Below, piece by piece: positions 1-8,226 of a stretch of 58,396 nt of DNA. The notes under the pieces are model-generated. The model was not told the origin of the DNA and searched no databases. It was given only the letters and a program-made list of their open reading frames with translations. The stretch lies in contig CAZAIM010000001.1 of the NCBI GenBank assembly GCA_964485215.1, positions 1 to 58,396 of the forward strand, written 5' to 3'. The first letter of the stretch is position 1. The number at the start of each line of letters is the position of its first letter. This DNA comes from an uncultured Bacteroidaceae bacterium. GTDB taxonomy: Bacteria; Bacteroidota; Bacteroidia; Bacteroidales; Bacteroidaceae. A program made the position numbers and the translations under genes.

Positions 1-6
1 TTTTCC

Positions 7-171
7 TTATCCCACAAAATTCCATTGGGAAAGAGCAGAGATACTCTTGCGACGGAAAATATCATACACATTGCTTCTGTCGCAATACAGTTTGCGGGCA
101 AACCAGGATATGGTGCGTTCCTGGTTCAGCAGCTCCTCTTTTATCAGGTTCCCAATGTGGATATCAAGCAT
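7..171 (-). CDS. small helix-turn-helix DNA-binding protein (54 aa), possibly C-terminally truncated
   Basis: This ORF is absent from the track (<60 aa) and was translated by hand, ATG at 171 and TAA at 7-9. Product: MLDIHIGNLIKEELLNQERTISWFARKLYCDRSNVYDIFRRKSISALSQWNFVG. The core ISWFARKL..DRSNVYDIFRRK looks like the HTH of small XRE-like Bacteroidales regulators. It lies directly downstream of the acyltransferase gene. Confidence 0.35.
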   Translation of the reverse strand: MLDIHIGNLIKEELLNQERTISWFARKLYCDRSNVYDIFRRKSISALSQWNFVG

Positions 172-196
172 AACACATAAAACAGACTACAACGGG

Positions 197-1195
197 TTAC
201 CTATGTTTACGGTTACCTATTATCAATGGGAAATATCTATGCAGCAACATTACAATAGGCACGAAAGCCAACAAGACCAATGATGATGCCAGGAACGACA
301 ATACTCCTTCACTTATTCCACCTATTGCAACACTCTCGACAATTTTACCCAACGGATGATATAAGTCTCTATGGAACTGAAGAATAACCATCGTTCCGAT
401 AGAAATGACTCCTATGGCCTTAGGCCTGACATTATCGAGCAATACGGATATTAAGAAGCACACAACAGTCCCCATTAATCCTAAGAAAAAGAACAGCAAA
501 ATGCTATTTCCGTATATGCCTTTGAACATTCTGACAGTGCCACTGAAATCACTCAATACGAATTGCATAAGAAGCAATATTCCAATACACAACAGGATAC
601 GGGATTTATATGTTTTGATCTTATTTACAAAGCCTGACAGTTTTTCCTCAAAATTGACTGAGATAATATACCCGAAAAAGAAGTATGGCAGAGCCAAGAA
701 CACATTGGTCACTCCCCAGGCCGGATGAAAATTATAGTATCCGCATATTAAGGATGCTGCTATGCCAAACATCGCCAGCAGTGTCAGTTGCTTCTTATTT
801 TTTGTCAGTTGGAACAGCACCTTGATTACGAAAAGAGTATACACGAACCACAAGTTTTTTGCAGCAGGTGCATCCATAAATGTATGGAAACCACTTAAAA
901 CACCAATAGGAAATTTAAGTAATTCCGGGAAATCATTGTAATATTTGATAATGTGTGAAAAATCTTTTATCAAGCATAGTAAAAGATAGGGTATTATCAA
1001 TGATATATAATTCTTCCTAAGAAATACAGAAAATGTCTCACTACGTTTAAAGAGGTAGCCGGACACAATAAAGAACAGCGGGACATTAAATGAATATATA
1101 AATGGGGAAAAGGTTTCGGGGAAAGCATGCCCCCAAATGATAAATAGCATACCTATGGCCTTCATCCAGTCCACCCAGTATTTGTGTCCATTCAT
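197..1195 (-). CDS. acyltransferase family 3 membrane O-acyltransferase
   Basis: ATG at 1195. The 332-aa ORF consists almost entirely of hydrophobic helices. The N-terminal VDWMKAIGMLFIIWGH signature is typical of acyltransferase_3 (OafA/NolL-like) proteins. Confidence 0.75.
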   Translation of the reverse strand: MNGHKYWVDWMKAIGMLFIIWGHAFPETFSPFIYSFNVPLFFIVSGYLFKRSETFSVFLRKNYISLIIPYLLLCLIKDFSHIIKYYNDFPELLKFPIGVLSGFHTFMDAPAAKNLWFVYTLFVIKVLFQLTKNKKQLTLLAMFGIAASLICGYYNFHPAWGVTNVFLALPYFFFGYIISVNFEEKLSGFVNKIKTYKSRILLCIGILLLMQFVLSDFSGTVRMFKGIYGNSILLFFFLGLMGTVVCFLISVLLDNVRPKAIGVISIGTMVILQFHRDLYHPLGKIVESVAIGGISEGVLSFLASSLVLLAFVPIVMLLHRYFPLIIGNRKHR

Positions 1196-1778
1196 AGCAA
1201 CAGCGTTTTAGAGTTGCCATCAGCCCCCAACTGGCAATGTGTAAAAAAACAGAAAAAGCGTAGGAACTGTACTGTCACCCGTTCCACGCTTCGAGGCTCT
1301 GGTATGCCCATTACAGTCGGAACGAGCAACGCAGAGCCTACGCCATTATGTATAACGCACAAGGGGCAGCAATGTCCGGGACGCCCCGAATTGCCACCAA
1401 GTGCATAGATACACACCATAGACATCTATCGTTGCCTTGTCTTTGACTGTAATTGAAATTTACCAGATTCCGAAACGTCAAGAACAAAGCGTCAATAAAC
1501 GCTTTCAATAAATATTACCCTCCACTCACCCGTAAACAGCCGGGCTCTGCAGAGGTTGATGCAAATATATCTGTTAAAAATAAATTATGCAACTTAGGAA
1601 GTGTTTAAATTTCCAATAAAGGTTTTCCTGATACCGAAAGTCGTCATTACGTTGTTTCTTATATTCAAAAATGGCTGTTTTCTTCTTTTTCTATAAAAAT
1701 TTCAACGATACAAATCCAAACAGTTTATTACCTGACAAAATATTTCTTTATCGGAAATGGCTATCTCTTTTTTTTACC

Positions 1779-1786
1779 TATCTTCG
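1779..1786 (+). promoter_or_regulatory. candidate Bacteroidetes sigma-A -7 box (TATCTTCG) upstream of the pyrC-like gene
   Basis: TATCTTCG lies 60 nt upstream of ATG 1846. It is one mismatch from the TAnnTTTG consensus. The same octamer recurs upstream of two other plus-strand genes (5712, 56442). Confidence 0.35.
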
Positions 1787-1845
1787 CGAAGAGAAGTTCG
1801 GAAGCGGCTCAAGAAGCAGTTGAGTTTCCAAAAATCATTTATATT

Positions 1846-3192
1846 ATGCGCATACTTATAAGCAACCCGACAATTGTCAACGAAGGTGAACGGTTCATAG
1901 GTTCAATAGTAGTGAACAACGGCAAGATAACAGAGATTCTGCGCGGCAATGAGCTGCCGCGTGCCTGTTGCGATGTAATAGTTGAAGCCAGCGGGCTATA
2001 TCTTATCCCTGGAGTAATCGATGACCATGTGCACTTTCGCGAGCCGGGGCTCACAGAGAAGGCTACCATTGCCACTGAAAGCCGCGCGGCAGCTGCCGGC
2101 GGCGTAACCTCGTACATGGAGATGCCCAACACCAACCCACAGACAACGACCTTGAAGGCACTGAAGGAGAAATATGGCATTGCAGCAAGGGAGAGTGCGA
2201 TAAACTACTCGTTCTACTTCGGAGCAACAAACAAGAACGTCACGACATTCTCAAAACTTAACAGGAAGAGAGTGTGCGGCATCAAGCTTTTTATGGGCTC
2301 AAGCACGGGAAATATGCTTGTCGACAAACTTAATGAACTCGAAGGGATATTCTCCGAGGCTGCCAGGATTGGCCTGCCGGTTGCGGTGCACTGCGAGGAC
2401 AGCAATATCATAACACAGAATGCACAGCGTGCAATAAAGGAATGCGGCGACAACCCGGGAGTAGAATATCACCCTCTAATACGTAGCGAGGAGGCCTGTT
2501 ACCAAAGCACAAGGAGTGCCGTGGAACTGGCAAGGAAATACGGCACACAACTTAACGTTATGCACATTAGCACTGCACGCGAACTTGAACTGTTCGGCAA
2601 TGAGAAGGTGGAGGCGAAAAGAATAACTGCCGAGGCAACACCGGCACACCTGATATTCTGCGACAGCGACTACAGCCGCCTTGGGACAAGAATAAAATGC
2701 AACCCGGCCATAAAAAGTGTCAATGACCGCGAGGCACTACGCAAGGCTGTGACCGATGGAACGATAGACATAATCGGCACTGACCACGCACCGCATCTGC
2801 TGAAGGACAAGGTTGGCGGTGCCTTGAAGGCCGCATCGGGAATGCCAAGCATTCAGTTCTCGCTGCTTGCCATGCTAAGACTTGTCGACGAGAAAGTTTT
2901 CACTGTTGAAGAGCTTGTAGAAAAAATGTGCCATGCTCCTGCAAGAATATATTCTATACAAAAACGTGGGTTCATAAGAAAAGGGCATTTTGCCGACTTT
3001 GTGCTGCTGAACCCTCACAAGCCACACACCATCACAGGCAGCGACATCATAAGCAAATGCGGATGGAGCCCATTCGAAGGTGATACTTTCAACTGGAGCG
3101 TCGAGCAAACTTGGGTGAACGGCGAGTGTGTATACAAGGAGGGGACGGTAAACGAAGAGGTCCACGGCAAAGCATTGGCATTCAACAGATGA
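1846..3192 (+). CDS. pyrC: dihydroorotase-type cyclic amidohydrolase
   Basis: 448 aa. It carries the N-terminal metal-ligand motif DDHVHFREPG (HxH), then VHCED, MHIS and GTDHAPH blocks of the amidohydrolase superfamily. Length and motif order fit the long Bacteroidales dihydroorotase. Confidence 0.7.
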   Translation: MRILISNPTIVNEGERFIGSIVVNNGKITEILRGNELPRACCDVIVEASGLYLIPGVIDDHVHFREPGLTEKATIATESRAAAAGGVTSYMEMPNTNPQTTTLKALKEKYGIAARESAINYSFYFGATNKNVTTFSKLNRKRVCGIKLFMGSSTGNMLVDKLNELEGIFSEAARIGLPVAVHCEDSNIITQNAQRAIKECGDNPGVEYHPLIRSEEACYQSTRSAVELARKYGTQLNVMHISTARELELFGNEKVEAKRITAEATPAHLIFCDSDYSRLGTRIKCNPAIKSVNDREALRKAVTDGTIDIIGTDHAPHLLKDKVGGALKAASGMPSIQFSLLAMLRLVDEKVFTVEELVEKMCHAPARIYSIQKRGFIRKGHFADFVLLNPHKPHTITGSDIISKCGWSPFEGDTFNWSVEQTWVNGECVYKEGTVNEEVHGKALAFNR

Positions 3193-3998
3193 GAAGAGAG
3201 GTATTTCACTACAGGACAGAAGAGCTTATACCCTTTATCGACTGGAGCTACCTGCTCCATGCTTGGGGCGTGACAGCGTGCAAGGCGAAAGTGGCAAAAG
3301 ATGAACTGCTGCGCGATGCAAGAAGAATATTAGACTGCGTAAAAGAATGCCACACCCACGCACTCTTTGCATTGTGCGAAGCGCACAGCGAGGATGACAA
3401 CATCGTTGTTGAAGGGTTGAGGTTGCCGTTGCTCCGCCAACAGCATAGAGAAACCGGGAAGCCCAATATTTGCCTGAGCGATTTTGTTTCGCCAAAGAAC
3501 GACTGCATAGGCCTTTTTGCCACCACAGTAGACCCCGAGTTCGGCAATGGATTCAAGAATGACGAGTATGCAAGCCTGCTTGCACAGACGCTAGCCGACC
3601 GTCTTGCTGAAGCCACAGCTACGGTTATGCACCGCAGAGTACGCACCGACAGCAGCCTTTGGGGATATGCAAAAGACGAGGAGCTTAGCGTCGAGGAGCT
3701 TAACAGGGAGATGTATCAAGGCGTACGCCCGGCTGTAGGCTACCCGTCGCTGCCCGACCAAAGTATCATATTCATCATTGACAAGCTGCTGAAGCTTAAA
3801 GAGATTGGAATAGAGTTGACACCCAACGGTGCTATGTACCCACACGCTTCGGTGTGCGGAATAATGCTGAAGCACCCTGCTGCACACTATTTTGCTGTTG
3901 GAAGAATAAGCGAAGAACAATTCTGTGATTATGTATCGAGACACACGCTAACGGCCGAAGAACTCAGAAGATTTCTCGCCAAGAACCTATGCGAATGA
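3189..3998 (+). CDS. stand-alone methionine synthase activation (AdoMet-binding, Met_synt_B12) domain protein
   Basis: I take the start as ATG 3189, which overlaps the upstream stop as ATGA; the track start at 3111 lies inside pyrC. Motifs PFIDWSYLLHAWG, LPLLRQQ, CLSDFV, LADRLAEA, WGY, YQGVRPAVGYPSLPDQS, MYPHASVCG and HYFAVG follow the C-terminal reactivation module of MetH. Confidence 0.8.
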   Translation: MRREVFHYRTEELIPFIDWSYLLHAWGVTACKAKVAKDELLRDARRILDCVKECHTHALFALCEAHSEDDNIVVEGLRLPLLRQQHRETGKPNICLSDFVSPKNDCIGLFATTVDPEFGNGFKNDEYASLLAQTLADRLAEATATVMHRRVRTDSSLWGYAKDEELSVEELNREMYQGVRPAVGYPSLPDQSIIFIIDKLLKLKEIGIELTPNGAMYPHASVCGIMLKHPAAHYFAVGRISEEQFCDYVSRHTLTAEELRRFLAKNLCE

Positions 3999-4058
3999 AG
4001 AAAAAATTGGCACTTATACAAAAAAGCACTATCTTTACAACACAAAACTAACAACAAT

Positions 4059-4793
4059 ATGCTTAGAAAAATCCTTCATCCACTGTATGTACTATACCAA
4101 GTAGTGTTCGCCTGGTGGACAGGCATACTGCTGACAGCATTGGCATCAATTGCAATCCTTGTCCTTGGCAATTGGCTAAAGATAAAGAATGGCGACTACT
4201 ACCCGGCTGTAGTCTGGTGCAGGCTCATGTGTCTGGTGTTCCTCATACCGGTAAAGGTTGTCGACAGGAAGAAATATGTAGAAAAAAAGAAGAATTACAT
4301 TTTCGTTGCCAACCATCAGGGAATGTTCGATGTGCTTGTAATGTATGGTTTCGTCATGAAGAATTTCAAATGGATAATGAAGGATTCTTTGCGTAAGGTT
4401 CCTCTGCTTGGCGTGGCTTGTGCAAAGACCGACCATATTTTTGTAAACCGTACTACACCGCAGAAGGATCTTCTGCGCAAATCGCTCAATGTGCTCAAGA
4501 GCGGCAAGTCCATGTCGATTTTTGCAGAGGGCACACGCTGTGATGACGGCAAGCTTGGAGAGTTCAAGAAGGGAGCCTTTGTAATTGCTAACATGTCACA
4601 GAAGAGCATAATCCCTGTGTCGATACAAGGTTCTTACGAAATTCTGCCCAAAGGCTGCTATTGCCTTCATTGGTCGCCGGTAACGCTTACTTTCCACGCA
4701 CCGGTCGAATGCAAGGGACGTGACAGCGAGAACGTTGAATACATGATGAACGAGACACGCTCGGCAATAGCCAAGACACTCGGAGAGGAATAA
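4059..4793 (+). CDS. plsC: 1-acyl-sn-glycerol-3-phosphate acyltransferase
   Basis: It has the HX4D motif (NHQGMFD), FAEGTR and later IPV blocks of the lysophospholipid acyltransferase family, plus N-terminal TM helices. Confidence 0.8.
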   Translation: MLRKILHPLYVLYQVVFAWWTGILLTALASIAILVLGNWLKIKNGDYYPAVVWCRLMCLVFLIPVKVVDRKKYVEKKKNYIFVANHQGMFDVLVMYGFVMKNFKWIMKDSLRKVPLLGVACAKTDHIFVNRTTPQKDLLRKSLNVLKSGKSMSIFAEGTRCDDGKLGEFKKGAFVIANMSQKSIIPVSIQGSYEILPKGCYCLHWSPVTLTFHAPVECKGRDSENVEYMMNETRSAIAKTLGEE

Positions 4794-4828
4794 ACGGCCG
4801 CTTTTCGGAAGCCGGCATTGGATACAAT

Positions 4829-5530
4829 TTAGGAACCGCTACTATTGCCTTCGGCATCCAAAGAGATGATTGAGCGGACTTCGTGGCTCTCTTTGAAAAC
4901 GTCGGGAGCCTCATCAACAAGTTTCCTTACGTTCTCATCGGACATCGGATAACGCATATGCCCGAACCATTGCCTGAATGCCAATGGCCCCAGCACATCG
5001 CAATAATGGGTGCGGATGAATGCACATACATATCTGCGCATCTCCTCATCAACACTGCGCAACTGTTTCTCGGCCTGCTCTTTGGCTGTTGCAGGAACAG
5101 AACCGTCCATTATCAGCCGCGCCTCCATACGCGATATTTCTGAGACTGCAATACTATATTCATCCACCTCGTCGATATAAGCGTACAAGGCTTCATTCAA
5201 TTCGGTACCATTAGCCCGCACCGTCTCGTCGCCGACCACAATGCTGACGGTGCCGTTCTCCAGAACCAAAGGCATCAAGAAAGTCTCATTCAGATAAAGT
5301 GCCGCTAAAGATGGCTTCTCGATGGCTCCGTTAAACTCGAATTCGCAGTCCCTTATCTCGGTAAAGCCTGCTTCGGAGAGCGAGTCGCCCGAATAGTGTT
5401 TAAGATATATTGTATCACCATTGAAACAGTTGCCGCTTATTACACCCTCAACAGTATACCCGTTATTGCCACAAGAGACTATGGCAAGGAGATAGAATAT
5501 CACAGAGCCTGCAATAAGTTTTCTAATCAT
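4829..5530 (-). CDS. DUF4369-like lipoprotein, function unknown
   Basis: Start set at the internal ATG 5530, giving MIRKLIAGSVIFYLLAIVSCGN with a lipobox Cys. The following YTVEGVISGN..GDTIYLKH...CEFEFNG..EKPSLAALYL pattern resembles the DUF4369 beta-sandwich found at the N-terminus of Bacteroidetes thiol-disulfide proteins. No thioredoxin CxxC is present. Confidence 0.5.
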   Translation of the reverse strand: MIRKLIAGSVIFYLLAIVSCGNNGYTVEGVISGNCFNGDTIYLKHYSGDSLSEAGFTEIRDCEFEFNGAIEKPSLAALYLNETFLMPLVLENGTVSIVVGDETVRANGTELNEALYAYIDEVDEYSIAVSEISRMEARLIMDGSVPATAKEQAEKQLRSVDEEMRRYVCAFIRTHYCDVLGPLAFRQWFGHMRYPMSDENVRKLVDEAPDVFKESHEVRSIISLDAEGNSSGS

Positions 5531-5711
5531 AGATGTAGCTTTGTTATGGTGTTTTCTTTCAGCGCAAAGATACGACAGTCGGGCAAAGTAATTGAACAAT
5601 ATTCCTTATTAAATATTAAAAAACAGGCAGTAGTTGATTATAAAAAGCAAAAAAATGCAATCGAATGTCAAAAAAGAGAATGCTTTTCAGAGAAGCGGCA
5701 CATTTTTAATG

Positions 5712-5719
5712 TATCTTCG
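5712..5719 (+). promoter_or_regulatory. candidate -7 box (TATCTTCG) upstream of the S46 peptidase gene
   Basis: The 12-mer TATCTTCGCAAG (5712-5723) lies 38 nt upstream of ATG 5757. An identical 12-mer occurs at 56442-56453. Confidence 0.4.
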
Positions 5720-5756
5720 CAAGCGATAAGAAATATTCACAACTAAATAGATAATT

Positions 5757-7898
5757 ATGAAGAAATTATTCATTACACTGCTTATGGCAGTATTTGCTAC
5801 CCCGCAGCTTATAGCCGATGAGGGTATGTGGCTGTTGCAGCTTATGCGCCAGCAGAATCTTGAAGACCAAATGCGCAAACAAGGACTTGAGATGCCTGTA
5901 GACGGCATATACTCGCCCGATGCCCCATCGCTGAAAGATGCTATCGGAATTTTCGGCGGAGGATGTACCGGCGAAGTCGTTTCGCCGAATGGCCTTGTAC
6001 TGACAAACCACCACTGTGGTTTCAGTTTCATACAGCAGCTGAGTACAGTTGAGCACAACTACCTGCACAACGGCTTCTGGAGCCAGAGCTACGAAGAAGA
6101 GCTTCCCTGCAATGACATTGCCTTTACATTCGTTGTCAGCATAAAGGATGTAACCGATGAGGTCAACAACCGTGTAGCAAATGGCGAACTGACCGTCGAG
6201 CAGTCGTTCGACCGTCAGGCACTTGGCAAGATTGGCAAGGAACTGTTTGCAGCCGATGAGATTGAAGGCAAAGAGTATATGTATCCACAACTGCTCCCCT
6301 ATTTCGAGGGCAACAGATACTACCTTGTATATTACAAGAAATATACCGATGTGCGCCTTGTAGCCACACCTCCTAACTCAATCGGAAAGTTCGGAGGCGA
6401 GACCGACAACTGGATGTGGCCACGCCACACCGGCGATTTCTCAGTGTTCCGCATCTATGGCGACAAGAATGGCAACCCGGCCGCTTACAGCAAAGAGAAT
6501 GTACCCTTGAGCACTCCCAAGTATCTGAACATATCGCTTGCAGGCTTCGAGAATGGCGATTTCGCCATGATTATGGGATTCCCCGGCAGCACATCGCGCT
6601 ACCTGACAGGCGACGAGGTTAAGCAGAGAATGTTCCAGGAGAACGAACCACGCATTGCAATGCGCGACGTTACATTGAAAATCATACGCGAGGAGATGGA
6701 AAAGAGCGAGGACATCGCCATACGCTATGCAAACAAGCAGGCACGCATAAGCAACTACTGGAAGAACTCAATAGGTATGAATAAGGCTATTGTAGACAAC
6801 AAGGTCATTGAGACCAAGCTTGCCGAGGAAGCCGAATTCAAAGCCTGGGCCGAAAGGAACGGCAAGAGTGAGTATGCAGGCGTTGTTGAGAAAATCAACG
6901 CTTGCGTAGAGGAGATGAACCGCACACAGTACCTCTCAACCCTAACGGTAGAGCTGATAATGAATGTTGAGTTCATCTACCGCAATCTCACAATGGAGAA
7001 CAAGAGCATCCTTGAAAAGCCAGAAAAACTCGAAGAGACAATGAATGCTATATACGACTGGCTGCACGAGCGCGACTATGTACATGAAATAGACCGCCGC
7101 ATAGCCAAGGAAGTTCTGCCACTATATTTCAAGCTCACATTGTCCGAAGAACGCGACGAATACCTCAACGAGGTCTATGCGAAGTATAAAGGAAACCTCG
7201 AAAAGTACATCGACTATGTGTACGACAACTCAATTCTTGCAAATGAAGAAAACCTCAAGAAGTTCCTGAAGAAGCCTTCGTTGAAGAAGTTCGAAAAGGA
7301 CCCGGCTATGCTTCTACGCACAGCTGTATTCAAGTCGTACCGCGAGCTTATGGCAAAGAACCAGGAATTTGCAAAGGTTATGAACCCGCTGCACAAGACA
7401 TACATCGGTGGCATTATGGAGAAGGCCGACGGTGCACCTGTATACCCAGACGCAAACTTCACAATGCGAATGACATACGGCAATGTAAAGCCATACCAGC
7501 CTAAGGATGGTGTCACATACGACTACTTCACAACCCTAAAGGGAGTAATGGAGAAGGAAGACCCCAACAACAGTGAGTTTATTGTGCCGGCACGCCTCAA
7601 GGAACTTTACGAAGCTAAGGACTATGGCCAGTATGCAATGGCAAACGGCGACATGCCTGTTGCATTCCTTACTACAAACGACATAACCGGTGGCAACAGC
7701 GGCAGTGGTGTTCTCAACTCAAAGGGCGAGCTGATAGGCCTTGCATTCGACGGAAACTGGGAGTCTCTAAGTGGAGACATCAACTTTGACGACAACCTGC
7801 AGCGTTGCATCAATGTCGACATACGTTATGTTCTCTTCGTTATCGACAAACTCGGAAACTGCAAGAGAATCATTGATGAAATGAATATCGTAAAGTAA
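5757..7898 (+). CDS. dpp7: peptidase family S46 dipeptidyl-peptidase, DPP7-type
   Basis: After the signal peptide come DEGMWLL, TNHHCG (catalytic His), GGNSGSG (catalytic Ser) and FDGNWE. The residue 18 positions after the catalytic Ser is Gly, as in DPP7; DPP11 has Arg there. Confidence 0.85.
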   Translation: MKKLFITLLMAVFATPQLIADEGMWLLQLMRQQNLEDQMRKQGLEMPVDGIYSPDAPSLKDAIGIFGGGCTGEVVSPNGLVLTNHHCGFSFIQQLSTVEHNYLHNGFWSQSYEEELPCNDIAFTFVVSIKDVTDEVNNRVANGELTVEQSFDRQALGKIGKELFAADEIEGKEYMYPQLLPYFEGNRYYLVYYKKYTDVRLVATPPNSIGKFGGETDNWMWPRHTGDFSVFRIYGDKNGNPAAYSKENVPLSTPKYLNISLAGFENGDFAMIMGFPGSTSRYLTGDEVKQRMFQENEPRIAMRDVTLKIIREEMEKSEDIAIRYANKQARISNYWKNSIGMNKAIVDNKVIETKLAEEAEFKAWAERNGKSEYAGVVEKINACVEEMNRTQYLSTLTVELIMNVEFIYRNLTMENKSILEKPEKLEETMNAIYDWLHERDYVHEIDRRIAKEVLPLYFKLTLSEERDEYLNEVYAKYKGNLEKYIDYVYDNSILANEENLKKFLKKPSLKKFEKDPAMLLRTAVFKSYRELMAKNQEFAKVMNPLHKTYIGGIMEKADGAPVYPDANFTMRMTYGNVKPYQPKDGVTYDYFTTLKGVMEKEDPNNSEFIVPARLKELYEAKDYGQYAMANGDMPVAFLTTNDITGGNSGSGVLNSKGELIGLAFDGNWESLSGDINFDDNLQRCINVDIRYVLFVIDKLGNCKRIIDEMNIVK

Positions 7899-7922
7899 TT
7901 CAAATACAAGCATTTTTTTGAG

Positions 7923-7953
7923 CAGGTCGAGATATTTGTCTCGACCTGTTTTT
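7923..7953 (+). terminator. intrinsic terminator of the S46 peptidase gene
   Basis: CAGGTCGAGA-tatttg-TCTCGACCTG forms a 10-bp perfect stem followed by TTTTT. It starts 25 nt after the stop codon. Confidence 0.7.
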
Positions 7954-8138
7954 GTTTTAGCAGAGTGCGGACAACGCGACAGCCCTAAAGAAGTTGCAGA
8001 TTTCTACGGATGGAACGTTACAGAAGAAAGAGAGAAGAATGCCCAAAGATAATCGTAGCAAAACGGTTCACTGTAAGCAATGAAGCAATCGCTGCATCTT
8101 TGGCCACGCAATCCACCGGTATACGAGTGAGATTAAAT

Positions 8139-8170
8139 AGCAAGTGAGGCAAAATTTTGCCTCACTTGCT
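8139..8170 (-). terminator. palindromic hairpin downstream of the CotH-domain gene
   Basis: AGCAAGTGAGGCAAAA/TTTTGCCTCACTTGCT is a perfect 32-nt palindrome located 57 nt after the minus-strand stop at 8227. Confidence 0.55.
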
Positions 8171-8226
8171 ATTAATTGTTTCAAGAAAATTCTATCACTC
8201 AAATTCTTGAACCGGAAGATTTCCTT

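Noticed and set aside
1200-1440. Assignment of the structured spacer as a cobalamin, FMN or c-di-GMP riboswitch, or as RNase P, SRP or tmRNA
   Set aside because: Fragments such as GGTGGCAATTCGGGGCGTCCCGG (minus strand) loosely resemble B12-element segments. No B12 box, no P4 GAGGAAAGTCC, no SRP GGAAG loop and no other diagnostic core could be found by eye. It is kept only as an unclassified structured region.
3111-3188. N-terminal extension of the track ORF 3111-3998, overlapping the end of the pyrC-like gene by 82 nt
   Set aside because: The extension (MGERRVCIQGGDGKRRGPRQSIGIQQ) has no similarity to the Met_synt_B12 module. An in-frame ATG at 3189 forms a classic ATGA stop/start overlap, so the shorter start is preferred.
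8018-8161. Open minus-strand frame without an ATG (..IPVDCVAKDAAIASLLTVNRFATIIFGHSSLFLL*) in the convergent spacer after the S46 peptidase gene
   Set aside because: It is only about 45 codons, has no start codon, runs through the terminator palindrome and has no recognisable motif. It may be a gene remnant, but that is not supportable.
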